DNA from: Methanobacteriota archaeon
GTDB lineage: Archaea; Halobacteriota; Bog-38; Methanoflorentales; Methanoflorentaceae
Length of the DNA: 64,000 nt
Reading direction: 5' to 3'
Assembly (NCBI GenBank): GCA_963720465.1
Contig: OY970393.1
Location: forward strand, 320,001 to 384,000
Below the pieces are notes generated by a model. It was not told where the DNA came from and ran no database searches. It saw only the letters and a list, made by a program, of their open reading frames with translations. Of this stretch, positions 42,937 through 52,755 are shown piece by piece (position 1 is the stretch's first letter; every line of letters starts with the position of its first letter). Made by a program: the position numbers and the translations under genes.

Positions 42937-43365
42937 CTACGGCACTAAGACAGTATCAATAATGTGGATGACACCGTTGCTGCCTTCAATATCGGCCTCT
43001 TTTACCACCGCGTCATTGACCTTTATGCCGTGGCGCAACCAGCGCTGCTCCTCAATCTTGAGCGTTGCGCCTTGCATGGTAGTAACGCTTTTTTCTTTGC
43101 GCAAGTTCGAGGTCACAAGCTTCTCTGGAACGACGTGATAGGTCAAGATGTTCTTCGCTTTGTCAGCGTCTTCGAGCGCACTCATTATCGTGCTTCCTTG
43201 AAGCTTATCGAATGCTTCGTTCTCAGGAGCAAAAAGCGTAATCGCTTCGGCATTTTTAAGGGTATCGGCTAATCCCGCCATCACAATCGTACTGTGGACT
43301 CTCGATAGTTCATCGATGTGCGACACAATCTCAACGACATCTAAGTTGAATTTCATCTTAATCAC
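42937..43365 (-). CDS. Fasciclin domain protein
   Basis: TLFAPENEAF, ILTYHVV, NGVIHIIDTVL. Confidence 0.92.
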   Translation of the reverse strand: MIKMKFNLDVVEIVSHIDELSRVHSTIVMAGLADTLKNAEAITLFAPENEAFDKLQGSTIMSALEDADKAKNILTYHVVPEKLVTSNLRKEKSVTTMQGATLKIEEQRWLRHGIKVNDAVVKEADIEGSNGVIHIIDTVLVP

Positions 43366-43746
43366 CTGCTTTGCTGACCAGCCATGCTGGATTTGCCTCT
43401 AAGACTTGTACATTTAAGAAGTTTTCTCAAACTCTTGAAGGAAGCGCCCGTAATCGCTTGCGAGTCTCTTTTTTTGCCAAATTCATCTTTTGAATTGCTA
43501 TCTATATCCCAGCTAGCAAATCTTCTGGTGCACCAGAATAGTTGTAGACAGCGGTCTTTTTGTTCACTTTAACCTCCTTTGTAACGGAATCAAAAGAGTA
43601 AAATGGGGGTTCAATAGTTTAAGGTTGCTGTTTTAGCTGCGCACGCTTGATACGTCGAAGAAGAAGGGACCTCGTAAGCGACGCTGCCGAATTCAAAACA
43701 CTACTCTTAAGCTTTGTTAGATAGCCTTCTATACGATTCATTTTCA

Positions 43747-43884
43747 ATGGCTAAAGCTAAGGATACGCAGTCCAAAAAATCGGCAATCGTTAAGCCGCTA
43801 ACTGGCACTATGTCAGTCGATGAGTGGCTTGCGGCGCCAAAGAAACGGCGCACAAAAAAGCGGAAGCGAAGAAGTAAGAAGTAA
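43747..43884 (+). CDS. Small basic protein (45 aa)
   Basis: MAKAKDTQSKKSAIVKPLTGTMSVDEWLAAPKKRRTKKRKRRSKK; below the ORF-track cutoff. Confidence 0.45.
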   Translation: MAKAKDTQSKKSAIVKPLTGTMSVDEWLAAPKKRRTKKRKRRSKK

Positions 43885-44517
43885 GCCCCGGTGCCCTGGT
43901 GATGCGTCTATTTTGCCAGGGTGTTATCATCCTGAAAATATGGGCTTTTTGTCTCTGTACAATTAAGATAATTCCGACCGGACGTCACGGGAAAATAACG
44001 ACGCAACGCGCCCCGTTTATCCCGACCAGGAAGGGGCGATATATCTATAGACTGCCTCGACCGACTCAATGAGATATAAAACTCACACTAAGCGACCACC
44101 ACCAAAATCCGAATCTCAACGAACGCCGTGGCAGCCGTAACGACTTCTCAAAACAACGAAAATGTATCCTCTTGTACATGCTTCGTTATATGCTATCATC
44201 TAGCGAAATTGGCACCTACAGAAGTGCGTTGCCCCCCAGCTTTTTTGAGACGCGTAGCCTTCCACTAGGTTACGATCGCCGTTGTCATCTGGATGATATT
44301 GTCGTACTGTGTGAGCTCGTGTACTGTCACTGAACCGCCTAATAGGCTGCCCTCCGTGTACGTATACTCCATGTAAACGCTGGGGTCATGGCCCGTCGCG
44401 TCGTAATAAACGTAGCTAGAGCTACTGTTTTGGTAATCCAACAACGTACAGCAGAGCGAGTCCCTTATTGCGAGTATTATCGTAGGCCGCGCCGCTTGCC
44501 AGACTGACGGTTGCGCG

Positions 44518-44751
44518 TTACGCGACTCGTCGAAGCGCGAAATACGCACCCATGTAGAAGATATCGTCTGACCCGAGTGCGTATTCCGCAATCGCATCAT
44601 CTAGCAATGGGTGTATCCGTTCAATAAAAGTATCCCACCACACCTCATTGCTGACATTTTCAACTCCTATAGGGTCTTGACTTTTCATTTCCGACGTGAT
44701 GCGGTCAACGAGTCTTTGAAGGAGTTCTGCTCGTTCCTTATCAATTCTCAT
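44518..44751 (-). CDS. Hypothetical protein
   Basis: 77-aa ORF downstream of the integrase. Confidence 0.45.
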   Translation of the reverse strand: MRIDKERAELLQRLVDRITSEMKSQDPIGVENVSNEVWWDTFIERIHPLLDDAIAEYALGSDDIFYMGAYFALRRVA

Positions 44752-44845
44752 ATTCCCATCTTTTGCCGTGTTTTTTCAGACATATGTAGAACGAGTATTT
44801 CGACTTAAGCATTTTCTTTGCATTGTAGCAGGCCCGGCAATCTAC

Positions 44846-45890
44846 TCAGACTGCGAAGCGTACGCCACCCCAGTACTGCATATACACATCATAAACCGAA
44901 TCAGGAAGCGGGTGCTTGTAGCATCGCCAATCTACCCCTGAAGCACCATGCGTCAAAATATATGCCCTATTCGAATGCTCCCATTGAATGATATCACCGT
45001 GCTGCTCAGCAAATTTTCGCAGGTCACCCATTACGAAACGAGCATTGCATTGAGACAGCAGTATCTTGTGTATCTTGTGTTCCCGCAGCCACCTTTGAAA
45101 GGATAATTGCTCAAAAATAAACTTGTCATCATCTCGACCGTCGAGAAGCGGGCGGAAAGCGTCAACGACTTGGGGATGGAATGGGCAGTAATGCTGCATT
45201 CTGATTTTATCACACTCTGGCGGGATATCGAGTACAGGCGTATCCTGGCTTATCGCCTGATTAAATTGGCCTACCGTGAGTTGCGCTATCGTTGCTAGAG
45301 GCCTCTGTCCGGTGAACGCGCCGAATAGCACGATTGCTCGGTAGTTGATACGGTGATACTCGTCTATTTCATCTTTTTCAGCAGCTTGTTCGATAGCGAT
45401 GAGCACATTTTCGATATCTTGTTTGGTGACGATTCGAGCAGTGATACGCTTACGTTCTTTAAGCGCTTTCGGCATTTAGAGGAATAGTTTGAACGCTTCG
45501 TATCGTGTATCGACCCGCGCTTTTGCTAAATAACTGAAGAATGCTTTCGAGAAGTTGATGACTTTCCGCTTGGCGTAAATGTCGACGTATTTACGCAGCA
45601 CGTATTGGCGCAATACATCTACAGTCGTTTTGCTTATCTCTCCCTTTGTGCAGTCCCAAAGAATCTCCGCAGCCTTTCGTAGCCAGATTATTGTTTTTCT
45701 GCTTAGTCCGACTGCCCGCCTATCAGTATAACTTGTTAACTGGCTTTTGGAAAACGTTAGTATGAGCGTTTCCAGTGTGTCGCAATTGTTGTTCGGCGAA
45801 CAACGGCCGCTTGAATTGCAGTCTGCGCAAGAAGGCCTAGAATCAGCTAAAATGCCTAAATAAGCCCTGTTGAGGCTCCGACTCGGGCGC
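44846..45890 (-). pseudogene. int(C) of element C with in-frame TAA at 45476-45478
   Basis: ...FKLFL*MPKALK...; all catalytic motifs as in ORF 9982. Confidence 0.88.
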
Positions 45891-45891
45891 T
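45863..45891 (+). repeat. tRNA-Asp 3' half remnant (attR of element C)
   Basis: agccctgttgaggctccgactcgggcgct equals tRNA 27153-27199 minus 18 bp between the two ccgactcggg repeats. Confidence 0.85.
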
Positions 45892-45954
45892 TCATTTTTG
45901 TATTTAATATAGGGACGGGGCACTGCTTAGCAAAAATGCGAAAGATTAGTCCGA

Positions 45955-46011
45955 TTGACAAAATAAGGCAGTATTGTCAAAATAAGGCACGATAATACGT
46001 TTATACGAGTG
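45955..46011 (+). promoter_or_regulatory. Tandem TTGWCAAAATAAGGCA operator-like repeat plus TTTATA box
   Basis: Homologous to 40623-40683. Confidence 0.55.
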
Positions 46012-46079
46012 TGGCACTTTTTGTACAGTTTCCAAAAAAAAACATCGAATGTGCAACGACGAGCACCCGATGCGGATGA

Positions 46080-46757
46080 ATGATTGACATGCATTTGAAC
46101 TATAAAATGGTGAGTCTGGCAATTGCCGCGCTTGTAGTATTTTCGGTATTTTCCGGAGTTGCAGCTATTGCCACAACGGCGGCAGCAAAGAAAGGAACTG
46201 AGGTTGCGGTGACCGTAAGCAGTGACCCCGCTGGCGTGGTGTCAGGTCAAGTCGCTAACCACACGAAACTCAAGCTCCCTGCGGCAACAGTGAATAGCGT
46301 CACGTTCACGGCAACGGAAAGCGGTGTTTGGAGTGTGACCCGTCCATCAGGGGCATCGTCGATGTCACCGTCTCAGCCCGCGATGACAATTTACACGCAG
46401 GTCTCCGGCGTTTATACCGTTAGCTTGACTCCATCAGGCTCCACCAAGCCGATTTGGTCCGCGACAATAAAGGTCCCGTTTTCGGTGACCGTAAGCAGTG
46501 ACCCCGCTGGCGTGGTGTCAGGTCAAGTCGCTAACAACGCGCAAATCGACCTTCCTTCAGGAGCGGTGAATTCAGTCACGTTCACGGCAACGGAAAGCGG
46601 TGTTTGGAGTGTGACTAATCCATCAGGGGCATCGTCGATGTCACCGTCTCAGCCCGCGATGACAATTTACACGCAGGTCTCCGGCGTTTATACCGTTAGC
46701 TTGACTCCATCAGGCTCCACCAAGCCGATTTGGTCCGCGACAATAGCGGTGGTCTAA
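46080..46757 (+). CDS. Secreted protein with two near-identical 92-aa beta-rich domains
   Basis: Signal peptide; 276-nt period duplication (46207-46469, 46483-46745). Confidence 0.75.
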   Translation: MIDMHLNYKMVSLAIAALVVFSVFSGVAAIATTAAAKKGTEVAVTVSSDPAGVVSGQVANHTKLKLPAATVNSVTFTATESGVWSVTRPSGASSMSPSQPAMTIYTQVSGVYTVSLTPSGSTKPIWSATIKVPFSVTVSSDPAGVVSGQVANNAQIDLPSGAVNSVTFTATESGVWSVTNPSGASSMSPSQPAMTIYTQVSGVYTVSLTPSGSTKPIWSATIAVV

Positions 46758-46914
46758 AAACTCAAAGATGCTCAGCTCAGACAAGAGATACAGATATTTC
46801 AGGGTTCGTGAAAGGGTTTACCCCTTTTCTTCTTTCTTTGAAAATTAATCATGCGTGTAGCGGTCTGTGTTCAGCACTTGTGTGGCGACTCTAAAACTTG
46901 TGGAGTTCAACTCT

Positions 46915-46980
46915 TAAACGACACATCTCCCCAAGATCTTATATACACGTCTTAAACCTGCTCAGGCAGCGGATGCCAGC
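46915..46980 (-). repeat. Integrase 3'-tail copy T6
   Basis: Reverse complement catccgctgcctgagcaggtttaagacgtgtatataagatcttgg. Confidence 0.8.
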
Positions 46981-47035
46981 AGGTACTCCATTCCCACCTG
47001 CCATTTTGTGAGTTGCAATAGGGTGCCTAGCCAAG

Positions 47036-47233
47036 CTACCTGAAAATGTGAACCCAGAGGTTGATCGCCATAGGTACCATCGTCACTACGATAACCAAGA
47101 TGACGAACAATGGCGTTATTTTTGCTTTTCCACTCCAGACAACATAAAACTCGAGAGCATCGGTGACTGCGACGATGATGGTAGCGATGATAAGAGCTCT
47201 CACAAAGAGGTCGAGCATGGTTTTACTCCTTAC
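47036..47233 (-). CDS. Small two-TM protein; paralog of 12608-12805
   Basis: Near-identical protein; start uncertain. Confidence 0.6.
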   Translation of the reverse strand, partial: VRSKTMLDLFVRALIIATIIVAVTDALEFYVVWSGKAKITPLFVILVIVVTMVPMAINLWVHIFR

Positions 47234-47281
47234 GCTTCAGTCGATATTTGATTCAAAAACTGCTAGTGACAGTTTACTTGC

Positions 47282-47343
47282 CTAGCTGGGTATTTTGCCA
47301 ATACTTTATATAAACGTCATAAACGTGCTCAGGCAGCGGATGT
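47282..47343 (-). repeat. Integrase 3'-tail copy T7
   Basis: Encodes HPLPEHVYDVYIKYWQNTQL. Confidence 0.85.
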
Positions 47344-47434
47344 CGAGAATGCTCACCTCCGCGGCGTCAATCTTCCTTTTTTCGCTCATGCCGAGGGTCG
47401 CTAATAAATACTGAAGGCAGGATCAGCGAAACAG

Positions 47435-47857
47435 GTGAAGATTTTGGCCATAGGAGAGAAGCTATTTGAGGAAAAAGTCACTCCAAGAGGGTTTGCCATA
47501 AAATCCGTAGGATCCGAAGGCGTTGAATCTGAGTATAGCGTAACTGGCGAGATTACCGGCTTTGGGAAGGCCGAAGGCATCAAGGCCACCAATATGGGAA
47601 CCATGTGCAATCTTGTGCGGCCCACTGGCATAACAACGGGCACCGCGCAAGGGATCATGACCACGACTGACGGGGATTCTGTAGTCTGGAAACTCTGCTA
47701 TGCGGGCAAATCCTCTGGCGCAGGAGGGAAGTTCACGGGCACCGTGACCTTCACGACGATGTCTGAGAAGCTTGCTTGGCTCAACCGCACCATCTGCGTC
47801 ATGGAAGGCGCGGGCGACGCTAAGGTCGGAACCGACGTGTTCTACGAGTGGAGTTGA
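47435..47857 (+). CDS. Hypothetical protein; paralog of 11987-12409
   Basis: 124/140 aa identical. Confidence 0.8.
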   Translation: MKILAIGEKLFEEKVTPRGFAIKSVGSEGVESEYSVTGEITGFGKAEGIKATNMGTMCNLVRPTGITTGTAQGIMTTTDGDSVVWKLCYAGKSSGAGGKFTGTVTFTTMSEKLAWLNRTICVMEGAGDAKVGTDVFYEWS

Positions 47858-48025
47858 ATACGCACATCCTTCCAATACTTCATGTAGACATCGTACACTG
47901 AATCAGGTAGTGGGTGGCGATAATTGCTCCATTCGACGCCGAAACGCCGTGAGTTAGGATATAAGCGCAGTTTGACTCATTCCACCCGACGAAGTCGTCG
48001 CGTTGTTCGGCAACTTTGAGCAAAT
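47858..48025 (-). repeat. Integrase 3'-tail copy T8
   Basis: AEQRDDFVGWNESNCAYILTHGVS..YRHPLPDSVYDVYMKYWKDVRI. Confidence 0.88.
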
Positions 48026-48207
48026 TAGAGAGCTTTTTACCGTGGCGCTCAAATATGCCAAGTTTGATCTGTACGCCTTTCGAGGCGCAAATACCAGTCA
48101 TATGGTATGAGGGTGTACTATATGGCCAAATGTTGGTTAGTCTAAAAATAACGAACCTATTGGGAGTTTGAGAGTTACTGGGCTCCCGACCTGAGTGTTA
48201 CGCAACA

Positions 48208-49008
48208 CTAAACTCGCAGGTACACGACGTTCATCGCTCTATTTCTGTCGGAGAGATCCATCCATCTCGTGACTGACCTACCCCACGCAGGGTCTCGTGG
48301 AATGGTGTTGAACAGGGGAAACTGATTCAAAATTTTGATGCGATTATCCCATTTTGTTATCGTGCGTGCATCCTTGAGGGCCCATTTCGTGGCGGTCATC
48401 CCCATCTTCCGCATACCCCAGTTGCTCCTTAACTTGGCGAATCTTGACTGGATATTAAACACAATCTCCGCTCCCGGAAGACCATCTGCGAGCGATGAGA
48501 AGAACGATTTTATGTCAAACCCTTGAAAGAATATGAGCACTCCGGCCGCTATCATAAATACGCCGTTTTCAGTATCAATAATGTCGTCAAGCCAACTGGG
48601 ATCCAGCAACGATTTTGCGATGCACGTCGACCGGGCAGTTTCGGGGATCAGTCGCCGTCGAAGGTCGATGACCGCAGGAAGGTCAAGGTCGTACCAGTGG
48701 ATCGATCCGTTGTCGACCCGGTAATATGTGGTGTCTAGACCCGCCCCAAGATCAATGACCGACGCTTTGGGATGCTCAGCGATGAACGCGCGGGTCTTGT
48801 CGTCGACATGCTTCGCTATTGCCGCGAACATGAGATTTCCGAGTACGCCGAGAGTTTTGTCGAACCTTGCAAAATCGTAATTAAGCTGTTCAACGAGTTC
48901 AATAGCCTTCATATCGTTAAGGATGGAGGGGTTCTCTCGACTGAATTTTGCCCGCCCCCACAGAGGAACGAGTAACGTCTCCTCTACGCCACTCAGATCA
49001 AGTTTCAT
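48208..49008 (-). CDS. Class I SAM methyltransferase; paralog of 15504-16304
   Basis: Same length (266 aa), highly similar. Confidence 0.88.
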   Translation of the reverse strand: MKLDLSGVEETLLVPLWGRAKFSRENPSILNDMKAIELVEQLNYDFARFDKTLGVLGNLMFAAIAKHVDDKTRAFIAEHPKASVIDLGAGLDTTYYRVDNGSIHWYDLDLPAVIDLRRRLIPETARSTCIAKSLLDPSWLDDIIDTENGVFMIAAGVLIFFQGFDIKSFFSSLADGLPGAEIVFNIQSRFAKLRSNWGMRKMGMTATKWALKDARTITKWDNRIKILNQFPLFNTIPRDPAWGRSVTRWMDLSDRNRAMNVVYLRV

Positions 49009-49121
49009 CGTGCGTACCTGGCGAAACGTCTTCCGATATACACCAAAATGGGTGGGTAAATAAAAACGTTGTGCATTGACCGAGCTGGGAGAGATCCAGA
49101 GGAAGCTTAACTAACGAGCTT

Positions 49122-49330
49122 AGATCGTTAAACGCACATCCGCCAGTACCTCATGTGCACATCATACGCTAAATCGGGCAGTCGGTGGCGATATTACTTC
49201 CACTCAACGCCTGAAACGCCGTGCGTCATTACGTAAGCGCGTTTCGACTCACCCCACGCTATAACGCCGCCCCGATACTCAGCGAACTTACACTGATCCA
49301 ACGTGCCAAAATGGCTTGAACACCGCACCA
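49122..49330 (-). repeat. Integrase 3'-tail copy T9
   Basis: KFAEYRGGVIAWGESKRAYVMTHGVSGVEWK*YRHRLPDLAYDVHMRY. Confidence 0.85.
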
Positions 49331-49534
49331 AGGGTATTTTCTGGCTCAGCGTGTCGCACCTGCCGTCATTGATGTAGGATAATATTGATCACTTTAAACG
49401 AAGGCCGCCGTTAGGTGTGACACAAAGGCCCTGTCACGGTTTCCCACACACACGACATGTCACGGTTTTACACGAAATCACTGCCTCACGCGGCCTTATG
49501 AAACCACGCGCACTTGGGATCGGAGATGAACGTC

Positions 49535-49738
49535 ATGGCAACGAACGTAACGGGCAAAAGAAATGTGGCCTGCTGGTATGGCCTCCACATCGGCTGCTTG
49601 GACACAAACGATCCGAACTGCACCAAGTGTGCAGAGCGCCTCTTCCACGCCGTGAACAGCGTGGTTCGCCCCCCTGCTCAGGAATGGGCGCAATCCGTTG
49701 ATACGCAAGAGCGAAGACGCGCATTGCTGGAGGCGTAG
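49535..49738 (+). CDS. Small Cys/His-rich protein, abutting the TrmB gene
   Basis: CWYGLHIGC...CTKC; stop directly before next ATG. Confidence 0.5.
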   Translation: MATNVTGKRNVACWYGLHIGCLDTNDPNCTKCAERLFHAVNSVVRPPAQEWAQSVDTQERRRALLEA

Positions 49739-50614
49739 ATGGATGACGATGCAGAATTCATCACCCGGCTCATTGGCTTCGGACTCAGCGAGAAAGAGGT
49801 GCAAGTTTATCTGCACTTGCTAAAGCACGGCCCTAAGACGCCGTCTCCCATAGCTAAAACGCTCAAGACGTACCCCGTAGACATCCACCGCACGCTTATG
49901 AGTCTCATTGAAAAGGAGTGGGTGCGTGCCGCACACGATTCACCTACAGTTTACGCAGCGGTTGAGCTTTGTGCGGCCCTTGATTCTACCTTGAAGAAGC
50001 ACGAGAGCGAACTTCGCGAGATGGAGGCACGAAAGCTGGGGTTGCAGGAACTCGCAAAGCAACAACAGTTCTGCCCCTCCGATGACGTAGCGACGTTCAA
50101 GATCATCAAGAGTAACAAGGAACTCATCGCTGCTGTTATACCACTTTTGGACTCGATGAAGCAGGAATGGCTTGCAGCCGTACCTGGATTGGCGACGGTC
50201 ATTGCCTCATTGTTTGGCATCAACGATGCCGCCGCGGAGTTCATTCAGCGCGGAGGCAAAGTAAAAACGATAGTCGATATCTCGCATCCAATTATCGATA
50301 ACGTGCGGGAGCTGTTGCAGATTGGTGAAGAAGTGCGCCACATCGATGAACACGGCTTGATGTTCGTCGTGTTCGACCGAAGACATAGCATGACAGTGAT
50401 AAATATCGCCGAGAGCAGCTCACTGAACGCGCCGATGACAGCTCTTTGGACCGACGATCCTACCTATGCCGAATATCTCGCAGCTACGTTCGAAATGCTG
50501 TGGAAAAAGTCAGTTCCGGCTGAAGAACATATACAAAAGCTGCTGAAACAAGGCCCTCCGCCCGATACGGAAGAGACTGCTCTTGGCCATCTCGACTCTT
50601 TGGAACTGGAATGA
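49739..50614 (+). CDS. TrmB family transcriptional regulator
   Basis: FGLSEKEVQVYLHLL wHTH; C-terminal VFDR...FEMLW. Confidence 0.88.
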   Translation: MDDDAEFITRLIGFGLSEKEVQVYLHLLKHGPKTPSPIAKTLKTYPVDIHRTLMSLIEKEWVRAAHDSPTVYAAVELCAALDSTLKKHESELREMEARKLGLQELAKQQQFCPSDDVATFKIIKSNKELIAAVIPLLDSMKQEWLAAVPGLATVIASLFGINDAAAEFIQRGGKVKTIVDISHPIIDNVRELLQIGEEVRHIDEHGLMFVVFDRRHSMTVINIAESSSLNAPMTALWTDDPTYAEYLAATFEMLWKKSVPAEEHIQKLLKQGPPPDTEETALGHLDSLELE

Positions 50615-50704
50615 ACGATGAACATGGTTCGACGAACTCAGACAGCTCCTTTCTGAGCCGCCCCTGTTTGACGCTTCAAGAATGTATCTGCTAAGTCGTG
50701 AGAA

Positions 50705-50910
50705 ATTTAGTATCTGCCCAATACTGCATATACAAGTCATATATGTGTTCGGGCAGGATGCTTGTAATGCTTCCAATCGACTCCGCTGACTCCATGCGTC
50801 ATTATATACGCTCGGTTTGACTGATCCCACCCTATTGCATCGCCGTATTGTTCACAAAACTTACGGAGATCACCGAGCACGAAGTGCCTCTTGAACCGTG
50901 ATATGGGGAT
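50705..50910 (-). repeat. Integrase 3'-tail copy T10
   Basis: HFVLGDLRKFCEQYGDAIGWDQSNRAYIMTHGVSGVDWKHYKHP..EHIYDLYMQYWAD. Confidence 0.92.
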
Positions 50911-51061
50911 CTTCCGTCGTTTGGCCCGCATCCCAAAAGCTATAGTGAAAAACAGCTTCATCGTCTCCTTTTTTGCGTCTGTTTGATGAACGGAGCTCGC
51001 CAGCTCCAGGAAAAAAGTGTAAACTCGAGTGTAAACTTTCATCCAAGTATAGCCACACTAG

Positions 51062-51988
51062 CATGTCGGATCTCGCGCTAACATTCACGCTTGAGGACTT
51101 ACAGGCATATCTCACGCAGCGAGCAGCAGGACTGGCACGCAAGACCGTTATATGGTTGGAAAAGGCGGCAGAACTGTTATGGAATGCAACGAAAGGCATC
51201 GTGAGCGTATCCAGGCTACAAAACTTGCGTAACTACGTACTTAAAAAATATCGCGATATCGACGCCAAACGCAAAGTCCCACCGTTTGCACGTGCATTTC
51301 TCCACTACATGTCAAAAATCAGCTTCGACCAGCGGTACGCCGCGTTTGACTTGTTCTTACAGCTCCCACGGTCGGTCAAGGAGCGCAAGCACGTCACAAG
51401 TCGCATTGTGACTAAAGACGACGTTAAAAAGTGCTCAAAGCGATAGAACAAGCACATAGGACTGGGCGAGTTGACAACTACCTTTATCTCAACTACAAAG
51501 CCTTGGTGCTATTTGCCGCGTTTACGGGACAACGACCCTTGGCAACAATCGCACGACTTACGGTGGGGCAGTTCCAGGAAGTCGTGAAACTGGAAAAGCC
51601 CATCGTCGAAGTCCTTCCACAGCAAGACAAAATACGAATGCAGCACTACTGTCCGCTCCATCCACAAGTTGTTGAGGCGATAGTGCCCCTGCTGGACGGT
51701 CGATGAGATGAAGAGCTAGTTTTTGAACAACTGTCCTTTCAGCAGTGGCTTAAGCACAACGAAGTTCGCGTTGCACAGTAATGCTTTATGGTTAACGGAG
51801 ATTTAAGGAAGTTCTGTGAACAAATGGGCGACATATTGCAGTGGGATCAGTCAAACCGAGCGTATATAATGACGCATGGAGTCAGCGGAGTCGATTGGAA
51901 GCATTACAAGCACCCATTGCCGGAAAATGTGTATGACGTTTATATGAAATATTGGACGCAGACTGAGTTCAGAACGCAGGTATTATGA
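51062..51988 (+). pseudogene. Third integrase int(C), broken by frameshifts and a stop
   Basis: ORFs 50973, 51431 and 51788 together are colinear with ORF 9982. Confidence 0.88.
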
Positions 51989-51999
51989 CGTGCGTGGAT

Positions 52000-52755
52000 T
52001 TATTTCCACTTTGTGAGTATTTCTTCCCTTCGGAAGGTGGCCCTGCTCACGTAAAACAAAATCGCGTCAAGAGCGAGAATAATCGCAGAAATGATCAGCA
52101 AGTTAGCAGGAGTGAGTGATACGAAAGCTATCTCAGTCGCAAGATATATCGCCGCCAAGGGGAGCACGATCAGCGCGCCGAACTGCTGGGCCGCGCGTAC
52201 GTCACTGACTCGTGCAGAGATGATGACGTTGAACTCAGTGCTTAAGATGCTGATGAGTGGCACGGTTATCAAGAGGATTACCGCCACGGTCCAATTCGGG
52301 AAATAGACGTAGCCGAGTTTGGTACTCGTCACTGCGTCCATAAGCACCATAAAAATCACCGCACCGGCATAGACCGCGCTAACGGATGGCAGAAATGCCG
52401 CGATAACTTTTCCCAGCAGGATCTCACCGTCAGTCGTAGGCGTTGCTAACAGGGGTTCGAGGGTTTTCTCAAGCTTCTCGCCGACGATGCTGTAAGCACC
52501 AATACTTATGGGGAGGAAACCTGCCAAGATGACAAAGAAAAAGGAGAAGGCGTTGAACACGTCATTAAGCCCGCTTATGATAGCTGGCAATTGTGCAGGA
52601 GGAATGGGGGCGCTTCCAATGCCAAGCCAAATGAGAGCGGGCAGTCCGATCGATAAGAACAGCGGCGTAACGACCAACGAGTAGATGACGTATCGTTTCG
52701 TCCTAAACGTGGAGAAGTCCTTCCGCGCGATCACCCACGACTTCCACAGCTTCAT
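52000..52755 (-). CDS. ABC-2 type permease
   Basis: SIVGEK...TLEPLLATP...ILLGK. Confidence 0.9.
   Translation of the reverse strand: MKLWKSWVIARKDFSTFRTKRYVIYSLVVTPLFLSIGLPALIWLGIGSAPIPPAQLPAIISGLNDVFNAFSFFFVILAGFLPISIGAYSIVGEKLEKTLEPLLATPTTDGEILLGKVIAAFLPSVSAVYAGAVIFMVLMDAVTSTKLGYVYFPNWTVAVILLITVPLISILSTEFNVIISARVSDVRAAQQFGALIVLPLAAIYLATEIAFVSLTPANLLIISAIILALDAILFYVSRATFRREEILTKWK

Larger units (their letters stand above)
27153..45890. mobile_element. Element C: ~18.7-kb split-integrase element at tRNA-Asp 3' half
   Basis: 27153-27177 repeats at 45863-45887 (24/25); int(N) and int(C) at the two inner ends. Confidence 0.8.

Noticed and set aside
11987-49008. Diversity-generating retroelement template/variable pairs
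   Set aside because: No reverse transcriptase in the window, and differences between paralogs are not adenine-specific
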